From: Treponema sp.
Lineage (GTDB): Bacteria > Spirochaetota > Spirochaetia > Treponematales > Treponemataceae
DNA: 39,067 nt
Reading direction: 5' to 3'
NCBI GenBank assembly: GCA_017622055.1
Contig: JAGARY010000371.1
Location: 1 to 39,067 of the forward strand
Under the pieces are notes generated by a model. The model was not told the origin of the DNA and did no database searches. It was given only the letters and a program-made list of their open reading frames with translations. A program made the position numbers and the translations under genes. Shown here piece after piece: positions 18,841-29,088 of this stretch (position 1 is the first letter of the stretch; every line of letters starts with the position of its first letter).

Positions 18841-19335
18841 CTATTTACCACAACATTTTTTGTATTTTTTTCCACTTCCGCAAGGACATGGATCGTTTCT
18901 TCCAACTTTTTCACCAACGCGAGTAACTGTAGTAGGAATTACGTTTCCTGCAACATATTTCCATTCGCCATCAATTTGTTTGAACAAAGAAATTTCGTGG
19001 TGAAGATTGTGAATATTATGAAGTGTGTAATCTGCTTGGAATTCAACAATTGCTTCATCATCTTTTTCGCCTTTTTCTGTGCGCAAGATTTTTAAGCCAT
19101 TCCATTGAGCTTCTTTACTCCAATCTTCAGTTGCTTTTCTGTCAATTTCTGCAATTCCATCACCTTCGCTACAAGAATTAATGATAAAATCGATTTCTTG
19201 TTTTTCGTAAGATGAATAACGAGCACGCATTAATGCTTCTGCACTTGGTGCTTTTACACTACCTTTAATAATTGGTTCACAACATTCGCTATAAGATTTT
19301 CCCGAACCACAAGGACACATTTTATTTTCACTCAT
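18841..19335 (-). CDS. YchJ family protein with SEC-C motifs
   Basis: [23 protein letters not shown] and [18 protein letters not shown]. Confidence 0.92.
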   Translation of the reverse strand: MSENKMCPCGSGKSYSECCEPIIKGSVKAPSAEALMRARYSSYEKQEIDFIINSCSEGDGIAEIDRKATEDWSKEAQWNGLKILRTEKGEKDDEAIVEFQADYTLHNIHNLHHEISLFKQIDGEWKYVAGNVIPTTVTRVGEKVGRNDPCPCGSGKKYKKCCGK

Positions 19336-19590
19336 AACTTTCAGTATATCAAAATTAATGCAAAATTGGAAGAGTCTGACTTTTTATGATTTTTTACCAT
19401 AGAGATTTATTCAATTTATTCATAGATTAATATTTTTCTTTTTGAACTTTCACTTGTAATATTTATTTAGTCTAAAACTCAAATTACAAACGGTGTTCAA
19501 CTTCATACCCAAGTATGACACTGTATAGATTGCCACATGTTCTGCTTCATGTCATTACAAACAAAATCTCTGCCATTGCCGAGATAACTC

Positions 19591-19619
19591 TGTCATTGCG
19601 AGCGAAGCGAAGCAATCTA
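19591..19619 (+). repeat. GTCATTGCGAG repeat, half copy
   Basis: TGTCATTGCGAGCGAAGCGAAGCAATCTA, the exact reverse complement of 35049-35077. Confidence 0.85.
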
Positions 19620-19723
19620 CGAGGACACGAAGTGAAACTTGATAAGCACACAGAAGCGTGCCCTAACCAGACACATTTGAGTTTATGACTAACAGATATT
19701 TTTCTAGAGAGGAATATTTTTCT

Positions 19724-20896
19724 ATGGATAATTTTACATTTTATAGCCCAACAAAATTTGCGTTTGGAAAAGGAACAGAAAGTCAAGCTGGTTCATTGGT
19801 AAAAGAATTTGGTGGAAGCAAAGTTTTGCTTCATTTTGGTGGTGGTTCAGTTGTAAAATCTGGACTTTTGGACAGAGTAAAAAATTCTTTAAAAGATGCT
19901 GGAATTAGTTTTGTGGAACTTGGTGGAGTTCAGCCAAATCCAAGAGATGATAAAGTTTACGAAGGAATTGAACTTTGTAAAAAAGAAGGTGTAGATTTTA
20001 TTTTGGCTGTTGGTGGCGGTTCGGCAATTGATAGTGCAAAAGCAATTGCAATGGGCGTTTGCTACGATGGCGATTTCTGGGATTTTTATTCGGGAAAAGC
20101 GCAAGCGGCTAAAGCGGTGCCTGTGGGAACTGTGCTTACGATTGCGGCTGCTGGAAGTGAAGGTTCTGGAGATTCTGTTATTACAAAAATTGATGGAATG
20201 CTAAAACGCGGTGCTGGTGCAGAATGTATTCGTCCAAAATTTTCTATATTAAATCCTGAATTAACTCAAACTTTGCCTGCATATCAAACTGCGTGTGGAA
20301 TTACTGATATTATGGCTCACGTTTTTGAACGTTATTTTACAAACACAAAAAATGTAGAAACTACAGACCGACTTTGCGAAGCAGTTCTTTTGAGTATGAT
20401 TAACGAAGCTCCAAAAGTAATTAAAAATCCTAATGATTATGAAGCTAGAGCAAATATTATGTGGGCTGGAATGGTTGCTCATAACAATATTGTTGGTGTT
20501 GGACGCAGCCAAGATTGGAACAGTCACGGAATTGAACACGAACTTTCTGCTTTGTACGATTGTGCTCACGGTGCAGGTCTTTCTGTAATTATGCCAAACT
20601 GGATGAAGTTTGTAATGAATCACGACATTATGAGATTCTGCCAAATGGCAACAAGAATTTGGGGCTGCAAAATGGACTTTAGTAATCCAGAAAAAACAGC
20701 TATGGAAGGAATTGAAGCTTTTAGAACTTTCCTTACAAGTATTGGAATGCCTTCTACAATTACAGAACTTGGCGGAAAAGAAAGCGACATTCCAACTTTG
20801 GTAAAAACCTTTGGACTTCCAGAAGGTGGAAAAACAGGCGGTTTTGTTCAACTTTCTAGCGAAGATGTTGCTGCTATTTATAAAATGGCATTGTAG
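19724..20896 (+). CDS. Iron-containing alcohol dehydrogenase (butanol dehydrogenase/YqhD-like)
   Basis: GGVQPNP, AVGGGSAIDSAK, AAAGSE, H-x3-H and HGAGL; start ATG 19724 after GAGG. Confidence 0.93.
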   Translation: MDNFTFYSPTKFAFGKGTESQAGSLVKEFGGSKVLLHFGGGSVVKSGLLDRVKNSLKDAGISFVELGGVQPNPRDDKVYEGIELCKKEGVDFILAVGGGSAIDSAKAIAMGVCYDGDFWDFYSGKAQAAKAVPVGTVLTIAAAGSEGSGDSVITKIDGMLKRGAGAECIRPKFSILNPELTQTLPAYQTACGITDIMAHVFERYFTNTKNVETTDRLCEAVLLSMINEAPKVIKNPNDYEARANIMWAGMVAHNNIVGVGRSQDWNSHGIEHELSALYDCAHGAGLSVIMPNWMKFVMNHDIMRFCQMATRIWGCKMDFSNPEKTAMEGIEAFRTFLTSIGMPSTITELGGKESDIPTLVKTFGLPEGGKTGGFVQLSSEDVAAIYKMAL

Positions 20897-20996
20897 AGAT
20901 AATTTAGAATTAAGAATGGTAAGTACGCGAAGTGTACGACTCATTGTGAGGAGCAAAGGCACTGTTTACCGCCATTGCGTGAGTATGCGACATTCT

Positions 20997-21079
20997 CGTC
21001 ATTGCGAGGAGTGAAGCGACGAAGCAATCCAGAAAACATATGCACTGGACTGCCACGACCTAAAGGTCTCGCAGTGACG
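20997..21079. repeat. GTCATTGCGAG palindromic repeat, complete copy
   Basis: CGTCATTGCGAGGAGTGAAGCGACGAAGCAATCCA...TGGACTGCCACGACCTAAAGGTCTCGCAGTGACG; decayed partial copies near 20941 and 20971. Confidence 0.85.
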
Positions 21080-21144
21080 GGCCTAACATAGAAAATCCGT
21101 TAAAAAACAAGCCGTTAGGATTGTTTTAGGATTTACACAAAATT

Positions 21145-21263
21145 GGCTCGACCCGATTTATCGGGGCGTTGCGGGGTATCCCCGCTAGAAGGGGTAGCGG
21201 AAAAGACCGGAGCCAGATTTTTTCTGGCGAGGACTTTGGAGCGAGGGGAAGGCTTTCCCCTCC
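21145..21263. repeat. GC-rich multi-hairpin intergenic element
   Basis: CCCGAT-tt-ATCGGG, GCGGGG-tat-CCCCGC, GCCAGA-tttt-TCTGGC and GAGGGGAA-ggct-TTCCCCTC. Confidence 0.6.
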
Positions 21264-21283
21264 TAAAAAAAACGAGGTATAAA

Positions 21284-22279
21284 ATGAAAGCGTTGTTTAT
21301 TGGTGGAACTGGGACTATTTCTATGGCAATTACAAAAAAATTGCTTGCGGAAGGTCATGAAGTTTATTTATTGAACCGTGGAAATAGAAATGCAGATTTA
21401 CAGGGGAATGTTCATTTTTTGAATGTTGATGTAAACGACGAAAAAGCGGTTTTGGAAAAAATTGATGGTTTGCAATTTGATGTTGTTGCAGAATTTATTG
21501 CTTTTGTTCCGTCCCAACTTGAACGAGATTACAGACTTTTTAAGGGACGCACAAAACAGTTTATTTTTATTAGTTCGGCTTCGGCATATCAAAAACCGGT
21601 TGGAAATTATGTAATTAGCGAAAAAACTCCTCTTGCAAATCCTTATTGGGAATATTCACGCAACAAAATTGCTTGTGAAGATTATTTGTACAAACTTTAC
21701 CGCGACGAACAGTTTCCAATAACAATTGTTAGACCAAGTCACACTTACGACGAACGCTCGGTTCCACTTGGTGTTCACGGCGACAAAGGAAGTTTCCAAG
21801 TTATAAAAAGAATTCAAGAAGGAAAACCTGTAATTATTCACGGAGACGGAACAAGTCTTTGGACATTAACTCACAATTCTGATTTTGCAAAAGGGTTTGT
21901 TGGTTTGATGGGAAACATTCACGCAATTGGTGAAGCTATTCAAATTATGTCTGACGAAAGTGTAACTTGGAATCAGATTTACGAATGTATTGCACAGTCT
22001 TTGGGCGTAGAATTAAAAGCAGTTTACGCTCCTTCAACTTATCTTTCAAAACACAGCAATTATGATTTTACAGGAAGTTTGATTGGCGACAAAGCAAATT
22101 CTGTTGTTTTTGATTGCAGCAAATTAAAAGCCCTAGTTCCAGATTTTGTTGCCACAAAACGAGTTGATCAGGGAATAAAAGAAACTGTAGATTATGTTTT
22201 ATCTCATCCAGAATGCCAAATTGAAGACAAAGAATTTGACGCTTGGTGTGATAAGATTTGTAAAGAATTGGGAGAATAA
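21284..22279 (+). CDS. NAD-dependent epimerase/dehydratase (extended SDR)
   Basis: GGTGTIS, FISSASAY, YSRNK and IVRPSHTY; GAGG RBS before ATG 21284. Confidence 0.9.
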   Translation: MKALFIGGTGTISMAITKKLLAEGHEVYLLNRGNRNADLQGNVHFLNVDVNDEKAVLEKIDGLQFDVVAEFIAFVPSQLERDYRLFKGRTKQFIFISSASAYQKPVGNYVISEKTPLANPYWEYSRNKIACEDYLYKLYRDEQFPITIVRPSHTYDERSVPLGVHGDKGSFQVIKRIQEGKPVIIHGDGTSLWTLTHNSDFAKGFVGLMGNIHAIGEAIQIMSDESVTWNQIYECIAQSLGVELKAVYAPSTYLSKHSNYDFTGSLIGDKANSVVFDCSKLKALVPDFVATKRVDQGIKETVDYVLSHPECQIEDKEFDAWCDKICKELGE

Positions 22280-22280
22280 T

Positions 22281-23027
22281 ATGGTAGATGTAAAAGGAAA
22301 ATGGGCTTTTATTACGGGAGCCGCAAGAGGAATTGGTTATTTAACTGCAAAATTTATGGCAGAACGTGGTTGTAATTTAATTTTGCACAGCCGCGACGCA
22401 AATCACACAAAAAAAGTTTATGACGAAGTTTGTGCAATGGGCGTAAAAGCTTTTTGTGTTAGTGCAGAACTTTCAGATTTAGACGCCGTTAAAAAGATGT
22501 TAGAAGAAATTGACTCTTTTGGTGTTGAAGTTGATATTGTTTTGAATAACGCAGGTATGCAAATTGCTTACAGAACAGATTATTTTGCAACTCCAGTTGA
22601 AGATTACACAGAAAGTTTTAAAATCAACACAGTTGCACCAGCTATGATTTGTTATCACTTCTTGCCAAAAATGATTAAAAAAGGGTTTGGTCGCATTTTG
22701 AATACAACAAGTGGAATTCGTTTGGAACCAGAACAAGCTGGATATTCAGCAAGTAAAGCCGCTTTAGACAAAATTACAATCGATTTGGGTTCAAAAATTA
22801 ACGGAACAGACGTTATGATAAATTTAACAGATCCAGGTTGGTGTAGAACAGATTTAGGCGGACCAAACGCTCCAAACAGTCCAGAAAGTGCCATTCCAGG
22901 AATTGTTGTTGGTGCCTTTGTAGACGACAAACTTTCGGGACGTTATTTGGGAGCACCTAACTTTACAGGAATGACTTTGGAAGAAGCTGTAAAAAAAGCA
23001 GAAGCAGAATTCAAAGCTCCTTACTAA
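22281..23027 (+). CDS. Short-chain dehydrogenase/reductase
   Basis: TGAARGIG, NNAG, YSASK and PGWCRTD; starts 1 nt after the previous stop. Confidence 0.93.
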   Translation: MVDVKGKWAFITGAARGIGYLTAKFMAERGCNLILHSRDANHTKKVYDEVCAMGVKAFCVSAELSDLDAVKKMLEEIDSFGVEVDIVLNNAGMQIAYRTDYFATPVEDYTESFKINTVAPAMICYHFLPKMIKKGFGRILNTTSGIRLEPEQAGYSASKAALDKITIDLGSKINGTDVMINLTDPGWCRTDLGGPNAPNSPESAIPGIVVGAFVDDKLSGRYLGAPNFTGMTLEEAVKKAEAEFKAPY

Positions 23028-23037
23028 GATAAAACCC

Positions 23038-23082
23038 TTATAAAAATCATGAGATAAAATTCTTTTCTTGTGATTTTTATAA
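23038..23082. terminator. AT-rich stem-loop after the SDR gene
   Basis: TTATAAAAATCATGAGA / TCTTGTGATTTTTATAA. Confidence 0.45.
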
Positions 23083-23103
23083 TCTCGTTGTAAAATTGTA
23101 GAT

Positions 23104-24936
23104 ATGGTTAGCATAAGTAGAGCAAACAGAGTTCATAGACCAGAGAGAGTTTTAGCATACATTTCAGACGAATCTTTTAAGATTACGAATTCTCTCTATA
23201 ATGGATTTTGTCCCGAAGAATTGCTGCCATATCTATATTCTTTTGGAACTTATGACGGTATTGGAACTTATCGTTTATCGCCTGAATTGGCAAAAGAAAA
23301 AGGCTTCAATTCTGTTGTTGGCTTGGAATTTAGGCCAAATGATCCAAAAGTAAAAATCCCAGAAAATCTAGATAAAATCACAATTCCAGAAAACGATTAT
23401 CTTTTAGTTCGTTGTGTTTATGATGATGATTTTGATTATTCATTAATTTCCGAAGCAGTTAATTTAACACTTTCAAAACATCCCACAATTAGTGACAATT
23501 ACAAATTTTTGGAAAAACCTGTTGCTGTTCCTGTTTACGTTTTAAAAGATCAAATTTTAGTTTTGCATCCAATAGAAATTATAAATCAAAAAACAGTTAT
23601 TAACGAAAATTCTTATTCCGAAGTTTCAAAAGAAGATTTATTTGATTACGCCCAAAAAGATTTTATTACTCATTATTACAATTGGACTTACATGAACCAA
23701 AAACTTTCTAGTTTTGGCAAAAATGGTGTTACAGATTATTGTTTTGTTCACTTTAATGTAAAAGATTTTAATATGATTAATGAACTTTTTAATCATCAGA
23801 CTGGAAACAATCACCTTTGTGCAATCACCGAACGCATTGAAGAATGCAAAGATTGGATATATTTTGGCGCTAGATGTGATAACGACAATTTTGCATTAAT
23901 GATAAAAGATATGCCAGATGATGAAATTATAAAAAAACTGACTGATTTTTTTGAACCAATTTCATATCTAAAAAATAATCCTTCTTACAGAATTTATTAT
24001 AAATGTGGCGTTGTAACAATGATGAATTGTTTAAATTCTGGTCGTCGGGTTTCTGATTATGCAAAAATTGCTCAATCTTTGTGCAAAAAAAATAATCTAA
24101 CAGAAATAATGTTTTATACAAACGAAATGCATGATAAAGTCATGTATTCAAAACAAATTAAAGCATATTTAGACACTGCATTAGAAAACGAAGAATTTTT
24201 TATTTATTTACAGCCAAAAATCAATGTGGAAACAAATTCTCTTGATGGTGCTGAAGCTCTTGTTAGATGGAATTTTAAAACTAAAGAAATTCTTTCGCCT
24301 GCAAAATTCATTCCTTATTTTGAAACAGATGATTCCATTTCTAAAATAGACTCTTTTGTTTTAAAAACTGTTTGTAAAAAACTTCAGGAATGGAAAAAAC
24401 AAAATCTGGCTCTTTATCCAATTTCTGTAAATCTTTCTAGAAAACAAATTGAAAAAGTAAATATTGTTGACCACTTGCGAGAAATTGTTGATTCTTATGA
24501 AGTTGATCATTCTTTAATTGATTTTGAACTTACAGAAAGTGCCACAATTGATAACACAGAAACTATTCAGGATATTTTGGAAAAACTTAAAGCCTTAGGA
24601 TTCAAAATTTCTATGGATGATTTTGGAACAGGTTATTCATCATTCAGTCTTTTAAAAGATATTCCTTTTGACACATTAAAAATTGATAAAAGTTTTATTG
24701 ATAACATCGCTTCTACTTCAACAGAACAAGCACAAGTTTGCAAAGACAACATTATCATTAAACACATAATTTCAATGTCCAATGAACTTGGTTATAAATG
24801 CATTGCCGAAGGTGCAGAAACAAAAAACCAAGTTGAAAGATTAAAACAAATGGGTTGCAAAGTTATCCAAGGATTTTATTTTAGTAAACCAATTCCTTTG
24901 GAAGAATTTGAAAACAAATATTTGGGAAGAAAGTAG
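23104..24936 (+). CDS. EAL phosphodiesterase with degenerate GGDEF and N-terminal effector-binding-like domain
   Basis: QPK, EALVRW, ISVNLS, ELTES, DDFGTGYSS, KIDKSF, EGAE and QGFY; GGDEF position reads CDNDNF. Confidence 0.92.
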   Translation: MVSISRANRVHRPERVLAYISDESFKITNSLYNGFCPEELLPYLYSFGTYDGIGTYRLSPELAKEKGFNSVVGLEFRPNDPKVKIPENLDKITIPENDYLLVRCVYDDDFDYSLISEAVNLTLSKHPTISDNYKFLEKPVAVPVYVLKDQILVLHPIEIINQKTVINENSYSEVSKEDLFDYAQKDFITHYYNWTYMNQKLSSFGKNGVTDYCFVHFNVKDFNMINELFNHQTGNNHLCAITERIEECKDWIYFGARCDNDNFALMIKDMPDDEIIKKLTDFFEPISYLKNNPSYRIYYKCGVVTMMNCLNSGRRVSDYAKIAQSLCKKNNLTEIMFYTNEMHDKVMYSKQIKAYLDTALENEEFFIYLQPKINVETNSLDGAEALVRWNFKTKEILSPAKFIPYFETDDSISKIDSFVLKTVCKKLQEWKKQNLALYPISVNLSRKQIEKVNIVDHLREIVDSYEVDHSLIDFELTESATIDNTETIQDILEKLKALGFKISMDDFGTGYSSFSLLKDIPFDTLKIDKSFIDNIASTSTEQAQVCKDNIIIKHIISMSNELGYKCIAEGAETKNQVERLKQMGCKVIQGFYFSKPIPLEEFENKYLGRK

Positions 24937-24952
24937 ATTTTTCGGTTATATT

Positions 24953-25798
24953 TCAAAAAAACTTTTTTACTTCATCCAATTTTTTCAACGCAATGCGACG
25001 GCCTTCTTCATAGACACGTTGCAATTCATCTGGATTATTTTCTGTGCGACTAATTCCAAGTTCAGTTTCTGGGCAAATTACTAACGCTTCACCAGATTTT
25101 TCTTTTTCAAATGCGTAGGCTTTTTCTTCATTGTAAACATTGTGTCTATTCGCCATTGCTTCCACAATTTTGGGATATTTTTTAAGCAAAATCTTCATAA
25201 GCCAAATTGTTTTGTTTTCGCTTTTTACAAAATCTCGTGGCTGAGTTAAAATCACAATATTTTTTGAATAACCTAAATCTTCAAAAAGTTTTAACGGAAT
25301 AGAACTTGTCATTCCTCCATCCAAAAGTTTGTATCCATCAATTTCAACAACTTTAGAAACTAAAGGCATACTTGCACTTGCACGCATCCAAGTTAAATCA
25401 TTATCATCGCAAGTTTTTAGTTCTTTGCAAATTGGTTTGCCAGTTTCACAATCAGAAGCAACAACATAAAATTCCATAGGATTTTCGGCATAAGTTTTGT
25501 AATCATACAAATCAAGTTTTTTAGGAAGTTCACTATAACAAAAATCTGCCCCGTAAAGATCACCAGTTTTAATTAACGACCAAACCGAACAATATCTTTT
25601 ATCTTTGCAAAAACGTTTGTTATATCTAATGGCACGGCCAATTTGCTTAGATTTTAGATTACATCCAAATGTGGCTCCAGCAGAAACACCAATTGCACCG
25701 TCAAAATTGATATTGTTTTCCATAAAAACATCAATTACACCGGCGGTAAACATTCCACGCATTGCACCGCCTTCCATTACCAAACCAAATTTTCCCAT
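24953..25798 (-). CDS. Patatin-like phospholipase
   Basis: EGGAMRG, GVSAG, ASASMP and DGG motifs. Confidence 0.93.
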   Translation of the reverse strand: MGKFGLVMEGGAMRGMFTAGVIDVFMENNINFDGAIGVSAGATFGCNLKSKQIGRAIRYNKRFCKDKRYCSVWSLIKTGDLYGADFCYSELPKKLDLYDYKTYAENPMEFYVVASDCETGKPICKELKTCDDNDLTWMRASASMPLVSKVVEIDGYKLLDGGMTSSIPLKLFEDLGYSKNIVILTQPRDFVKSENKTIWLMKILLKKYPKIVEAMANRHNVYNEEKAYAFEKEKSGEALVICPETELGISRTENNPDELQRVYEEGRRIALKKLDEVKKFF

Positions 25799-25857
25799 AA
25801 GAACTGCCTTCCGATTGTTTTTATCTTTAATAGTTTTGATTGCTCTGGTTGCTCTTA

Positions 25858-27426
25858 TTAAAATCCATTTGCAACTCTTTCGTAATCATAACCATTATCG
25901 CAAGTTAACGCAGATTTTTCTACAGAAAAATAAACAACGCCGTGCTTTCCAACAGTTAAATCAAATTTATCTTTGTTTTCAAGAACTTGTGTTTTTACAA
26001 ATGGTTTTGCGGCATCTTTTATAAGTTGAATTTGTTCCAACGAAGGATTTGCTGGTTCACCCATATCGTGCCAAACTTTTAATGGATTACAAGTGTCTTC
26101 ACAAACAGACTTTGTATAAACACAATAGCGTCCTTTTTCTAAAGGCAATTTAATTTCAAAATCAAGTTTGTCTTTTTTTGTTTCTGATGTAAGATTCCAA
26201 GCAACACCTTTGTATTCACCATCGCAAGTTTTTACAATCACAAGATTTTTATCTTTGTAAACGCATTCCGATTCTTTTTCTTTTAGATATTTAAAGAATT
26301 TGAATGTCCAGAAAGTTGGTTTTTCAATTCCACCATTTGCCAAAAGTCCAAATCCGCCATGGAAAGGAGTAAATGGAACACCTCTTTCTTCAAAAACATC
26401 ACCAAATGTCCAATAAGAATAAGAAGTAACAAGGTCTCCAATTTCTGCCAAAGTTCCTGCAATGTAAGCCGCATTTTGGTTTGTATCATGCAAAGGACAA
26501 TTTGGAATATATGATGTGTTAAATTCTGTAATGTGGAAAGGCAAATCTTTAAATTCATCATAAGAATTAATGATTTTTCTACAATCAACCAAAGTTTGAA
26601 TTGTTTCATCAAATTTTGTTAATTTTGCGTATCCGTAATGACCAACATCTTCTGGAAATTCAGTTGTGTAATGATGTCTTGTAATAAAATCTAACGGCGG
26701 ATGTGTTTGACTACAGAAGTCTAAAAATCCTTTCATCCATTTTTCATCTGCTCCGCCACAAATTGCAGGCCCACCAACTTTAAAGTTTTCATTAACTTCT
26801 TTTACCGCTTTTGAAGTTTCTGTATAAAGCTTAAAATATTCTGGCATATCTGCATCTTTCCAGAAACTTGTAAGATTTGGTTCGTTCCAAACTTCAACTG
26901 GCCAAGTTAAAACTTCTTCTCCATAACGTTCCAACAAATGGCTCAAAGTTGCTTTTACCAAATCTGTCCACAATTTGTAATCTTTTGGGGGAGTAACGTT
27001 TCCTTTCCAATAAAAAACACATTGTTTTCCACTAGCAATTTTTTTTGGCATAAATCCAAGTTCAATAAAAGGACGAATATTCAAAGAAAGGTAATCATCA
27101 ATTACTCTATCAAGATATGTAAAATTATATTCTACAATTGTTTTTCCATTTTCTTTAATAAAAGCCAAATATTCGTCGTAAGAATCAAATTCTGGAATAT
27201 CTTTAATTTCTGATTTATCAATAAATTCCTGATAAATTGCCATATCATCGCAAAAAAGTCCGTGACCACGAATAAATTTAAATCCAATTTCGTCTTGAAC
27301 TAATTTTAACTGTCCGTAATATTCTTTGTGCAAAGCAAGGCCCATACGTCCTGTTCCAACACAAAAATCTACATTGTTATTAAAAAATACTTTTTCGTTT
27401 CCGTTAATTTCAATTTTCTTACTCAT
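25858..27426 (-). CDS. Glycoside hydrolase family 39 beta-xylosidase
   Basis: CVGTGRMGLAL, IRGHGL, YNFTYLD, WNEP (acid/base), ITEFN (nucleophile) and YWTFGDVFEE; start likely ATG 27426. Confidence 0.93.
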   Translation of the reverse strand: MSKKIEINGNEKVFFNNNVDFCVGTGRMGLALHKEYYGQLKLVQDEIGFKFIRGHGLFCDDMAIYQEFIDKSEIKDIPEFDSYDEYLAFIKENGKTIVEYNFTYLDRVIDDYLSLNIRPFIELGFMPKKIASGKQCVFYWKGNVTPPKDYKLWTDLVKATLSHLLERYGEEVLTWPVEVWNEPNLTSFWKDADMPEYFKLYTETSKAVKEVNENFKVGGPAICGGADEKWMKGFLDFCSQTHPPLDFITRHHYTTEFPEDVGHYGYAKLTKFDETIQTLVDCRKIINSYDEFKDLPFHITEFNTSYIPNCPLHDTNQNAAYIAGTLAEIGDLVTSYSYWTFGDVFEERGVPFTPFHGGFGLLANGGIEKPTFWTFKFFKYLKEKESECVYKDKNLVIVKTCDGEYKGVAWNLTSETKKDKLDFEIKLPLEKGRYCVYTKSVCEDTCNPLKVWHDMGEPANPSLEQIQLIKDAAKPFVKTQVLENKDKFDLTVGKHGVVYFSVEKSALTCDNGYDYERVANGF

Positions 27427-27500
27427 AAGTTCAGTATAAATCATTTTGAAATTTGTACAATATAATTTTCTAAGGGATTTTTTGTATTTTTTGATTTTTA

Positions 27501-27518
27501 TTGTTAAACGTTTTACAA
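27501..27518. promoter_or_regulatory. LacI-family-like operator in the GH39/esterase divergent region
   Basis: TTGTTAAACGTTTTACAA, a near-perfect palindrome centred on CG. Confidence 0.6.
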
Positions 27519-27571
27519 AACCCCACTTCTGATTTATCATAAAATAAAGAACTTATAAGGAAATTAATATT

Positions 27572-29014
27572 ATGTTTAGAATTACAAATACAGAACAAGG
27601 TTTGGTAGAAGGATTACCTGCCGCAGACCCAAGAATTACAGTTTTTAAAGGAATTCCTTTTGCAGCCCCACCAGTTGGAAATTTGCGTTGGGCACCTCCA
27701 CAAGAACCAGCAAAATGGGATGGGGTTCGTCAATGTTTTAAATATTTGGCTGCTCCTGTTCAGCCAGGGCCAGAGGAAAATCCAAGAGAAGATGATGTTT
27801 ACGCAAAAGAATGGAGCGTAGACACTTCTTTGCAATTAAACGAAGATTGTCTTTATTTGAACATTTGGACTCCTGCAAAAAAAACAGATGAAAAACTTCC
27901 TGTTTACTTTTGGATTTACGGAGGCGGTTGGCAAGTTGGTCATGCTTCAGAAATGGAATTTGACGGTGAACGAATTGCTCGCCGCGGAATTGTTGTTGTT
28001 ACAATAAATTATCGTGTAAATCTTTTTGGATTCACTTGTCACCCAGAAATCACCTCTGAATATCCAGAGGCTCCTGCAAACTTTGGACTTTTGGACCAAC
28101 ACAAAGCTCTAACTTGGGTTTACAAAAACATTAGCAACTTTGGTGGAGATCCCGAACAAATTACAATTGGCGGACAATCTGCTGGTGGCGGAAGCGTAAT
28201 TAATCAACTTGCTTACAAAAAAAACAAACCAATGATTAAACATGCAGTTGTAGAAAGCGGTATGTTTATAAATCCATTTATGATAATGTTCCCTTCTAGA
28301 AGTCTTGCTGATGCAGAAAAAATTGGTCAGGAATTTTTTGAATTTTGTGGCGTAAAAAATATAAAAGAAGCTAGAGAACTTTCCACAGAATTCCTTTTTA
28401 AAAAATGGGATGAATGGGGCGGTTTTCCAAAATCTGCAATGACTTGGGGACCTGTAAATGACGGTTCTTTCATTTGTTTTAATTTCTTTGACGCTGTAGA
28501 AAAAGGATTAATTGAAGTTCCACCACTTTTAACTGGCTACACACCAGATGAATTCAACTTTGGACCAATTGGAGCAGATAAATCTGAAGAAATTAACACA
28601 GTTGAACTTGCTTTAAGAAAATTAACAAATGCTTTGGAAAAAAACGGAAACAAAAATAAAAACTTCCTTTACCGTTTTGACGTTCCAATTCCTGGTTGGG
28701 ATAATCCTGGAAGATTCCATTCTGTTGATTTGTGGTTCTTCTTTGAAACTTTGGCAAAATGTTGGCGTCCCTTTAAAGGCTTCCATTATGATGTTTCTCG
28801 CCAAATGTGCAACTATTTGTGCAATTTTATAAAAACTGGGGATGTAAACGGCCTAGACTCTTACAACTGTTTTGCATGCAGCAAAGAATCTGACTGGGAA
28901 ACACTTCCAAAATGGGAACCTTTTTCTACATCAAAAAACAACTTTATGATTTTTGAAAAAGAATGCCACCAAGAAGAATTCCCCGCATCAGAAAAAATCA
29001 AAAAATATTTGTAA
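27572..29014 (+). CDS. Type-B carboxylesterase
   Basis: FKGIPFAAPPVGNLRW, EDCLYLNIW, YGGG, GQSAG (Ser), DEF (Glu) and FHSVD (His). Confidence 0.93.
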   Translation: MFRITNTEQGLVEGLPAADPRITVFKGIPFAAPPVGNLRWAPPQEPAKWDGVRQCFKYLAAPVQPGPEENPREDDVYAKEWSVDTSLQLNEDCLYLNIWTPAKKTDEKLPVYFWIYGGGWQVGHASEMEFDGERIARRGIVVVTINYRVNLFGFTCHPEITSEYPEAPANFGLLDQHKALTWVYKNISNFGGDPEQITIGGQSAGGGSVINQLAYKKNKPMIKHAVVESGMFINPFMIMFPSRSLADAEKIGQEFFEFCGVKNIKEARELSTEFLFKKWDEWGGFPKSAMTWGPVNDGSFICFNFFDAVEKGLIEVPPLLTGYTPDEFNFGPIGADKSEEINTVELALRKLTNALEKNGNKNKNFLYRFDVPIPGWDNPGRFHSVDLWFFFETLAKCWRPFKGFHYDVSRQMCNYLCNFIKTGDVNGLDSYNCFACSKESDWETLPKWEPFSTSKNNFMIFEKECHQEEFPASEKIKKYL

Positions 29015-29024
29015 TACTACATTT

Positions 29025-29068
29025 TGTCATTGTCATCTTCATAAAGATTGGCAATGACATTTTTTTTT
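29025..29068 (+). terminator. Intrinsic terminator between convergent genes
   Basis: TGTCATTGTCATCTT / AAGATTGGCAATGACA followed by a long T-run. Confidence 0.7.
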
Positions 29069-29088
29069 GCACTCATACAATTCTGCAA

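Noticed and set aside
20261-20962. 233-aa antisense ORF over the alcohol dehydrogenase gene
   Set aside because: Shadow ORF of a well-conserved gene; Ser/Phe/Asn-rich with no motifs
21143-21283. 47-aa N-terminal extension of the epimerase
   Set aside because: Read-through of a GC-rich hairpin element; the Rossmann motif starts right after ATG 21284, which has an RBS
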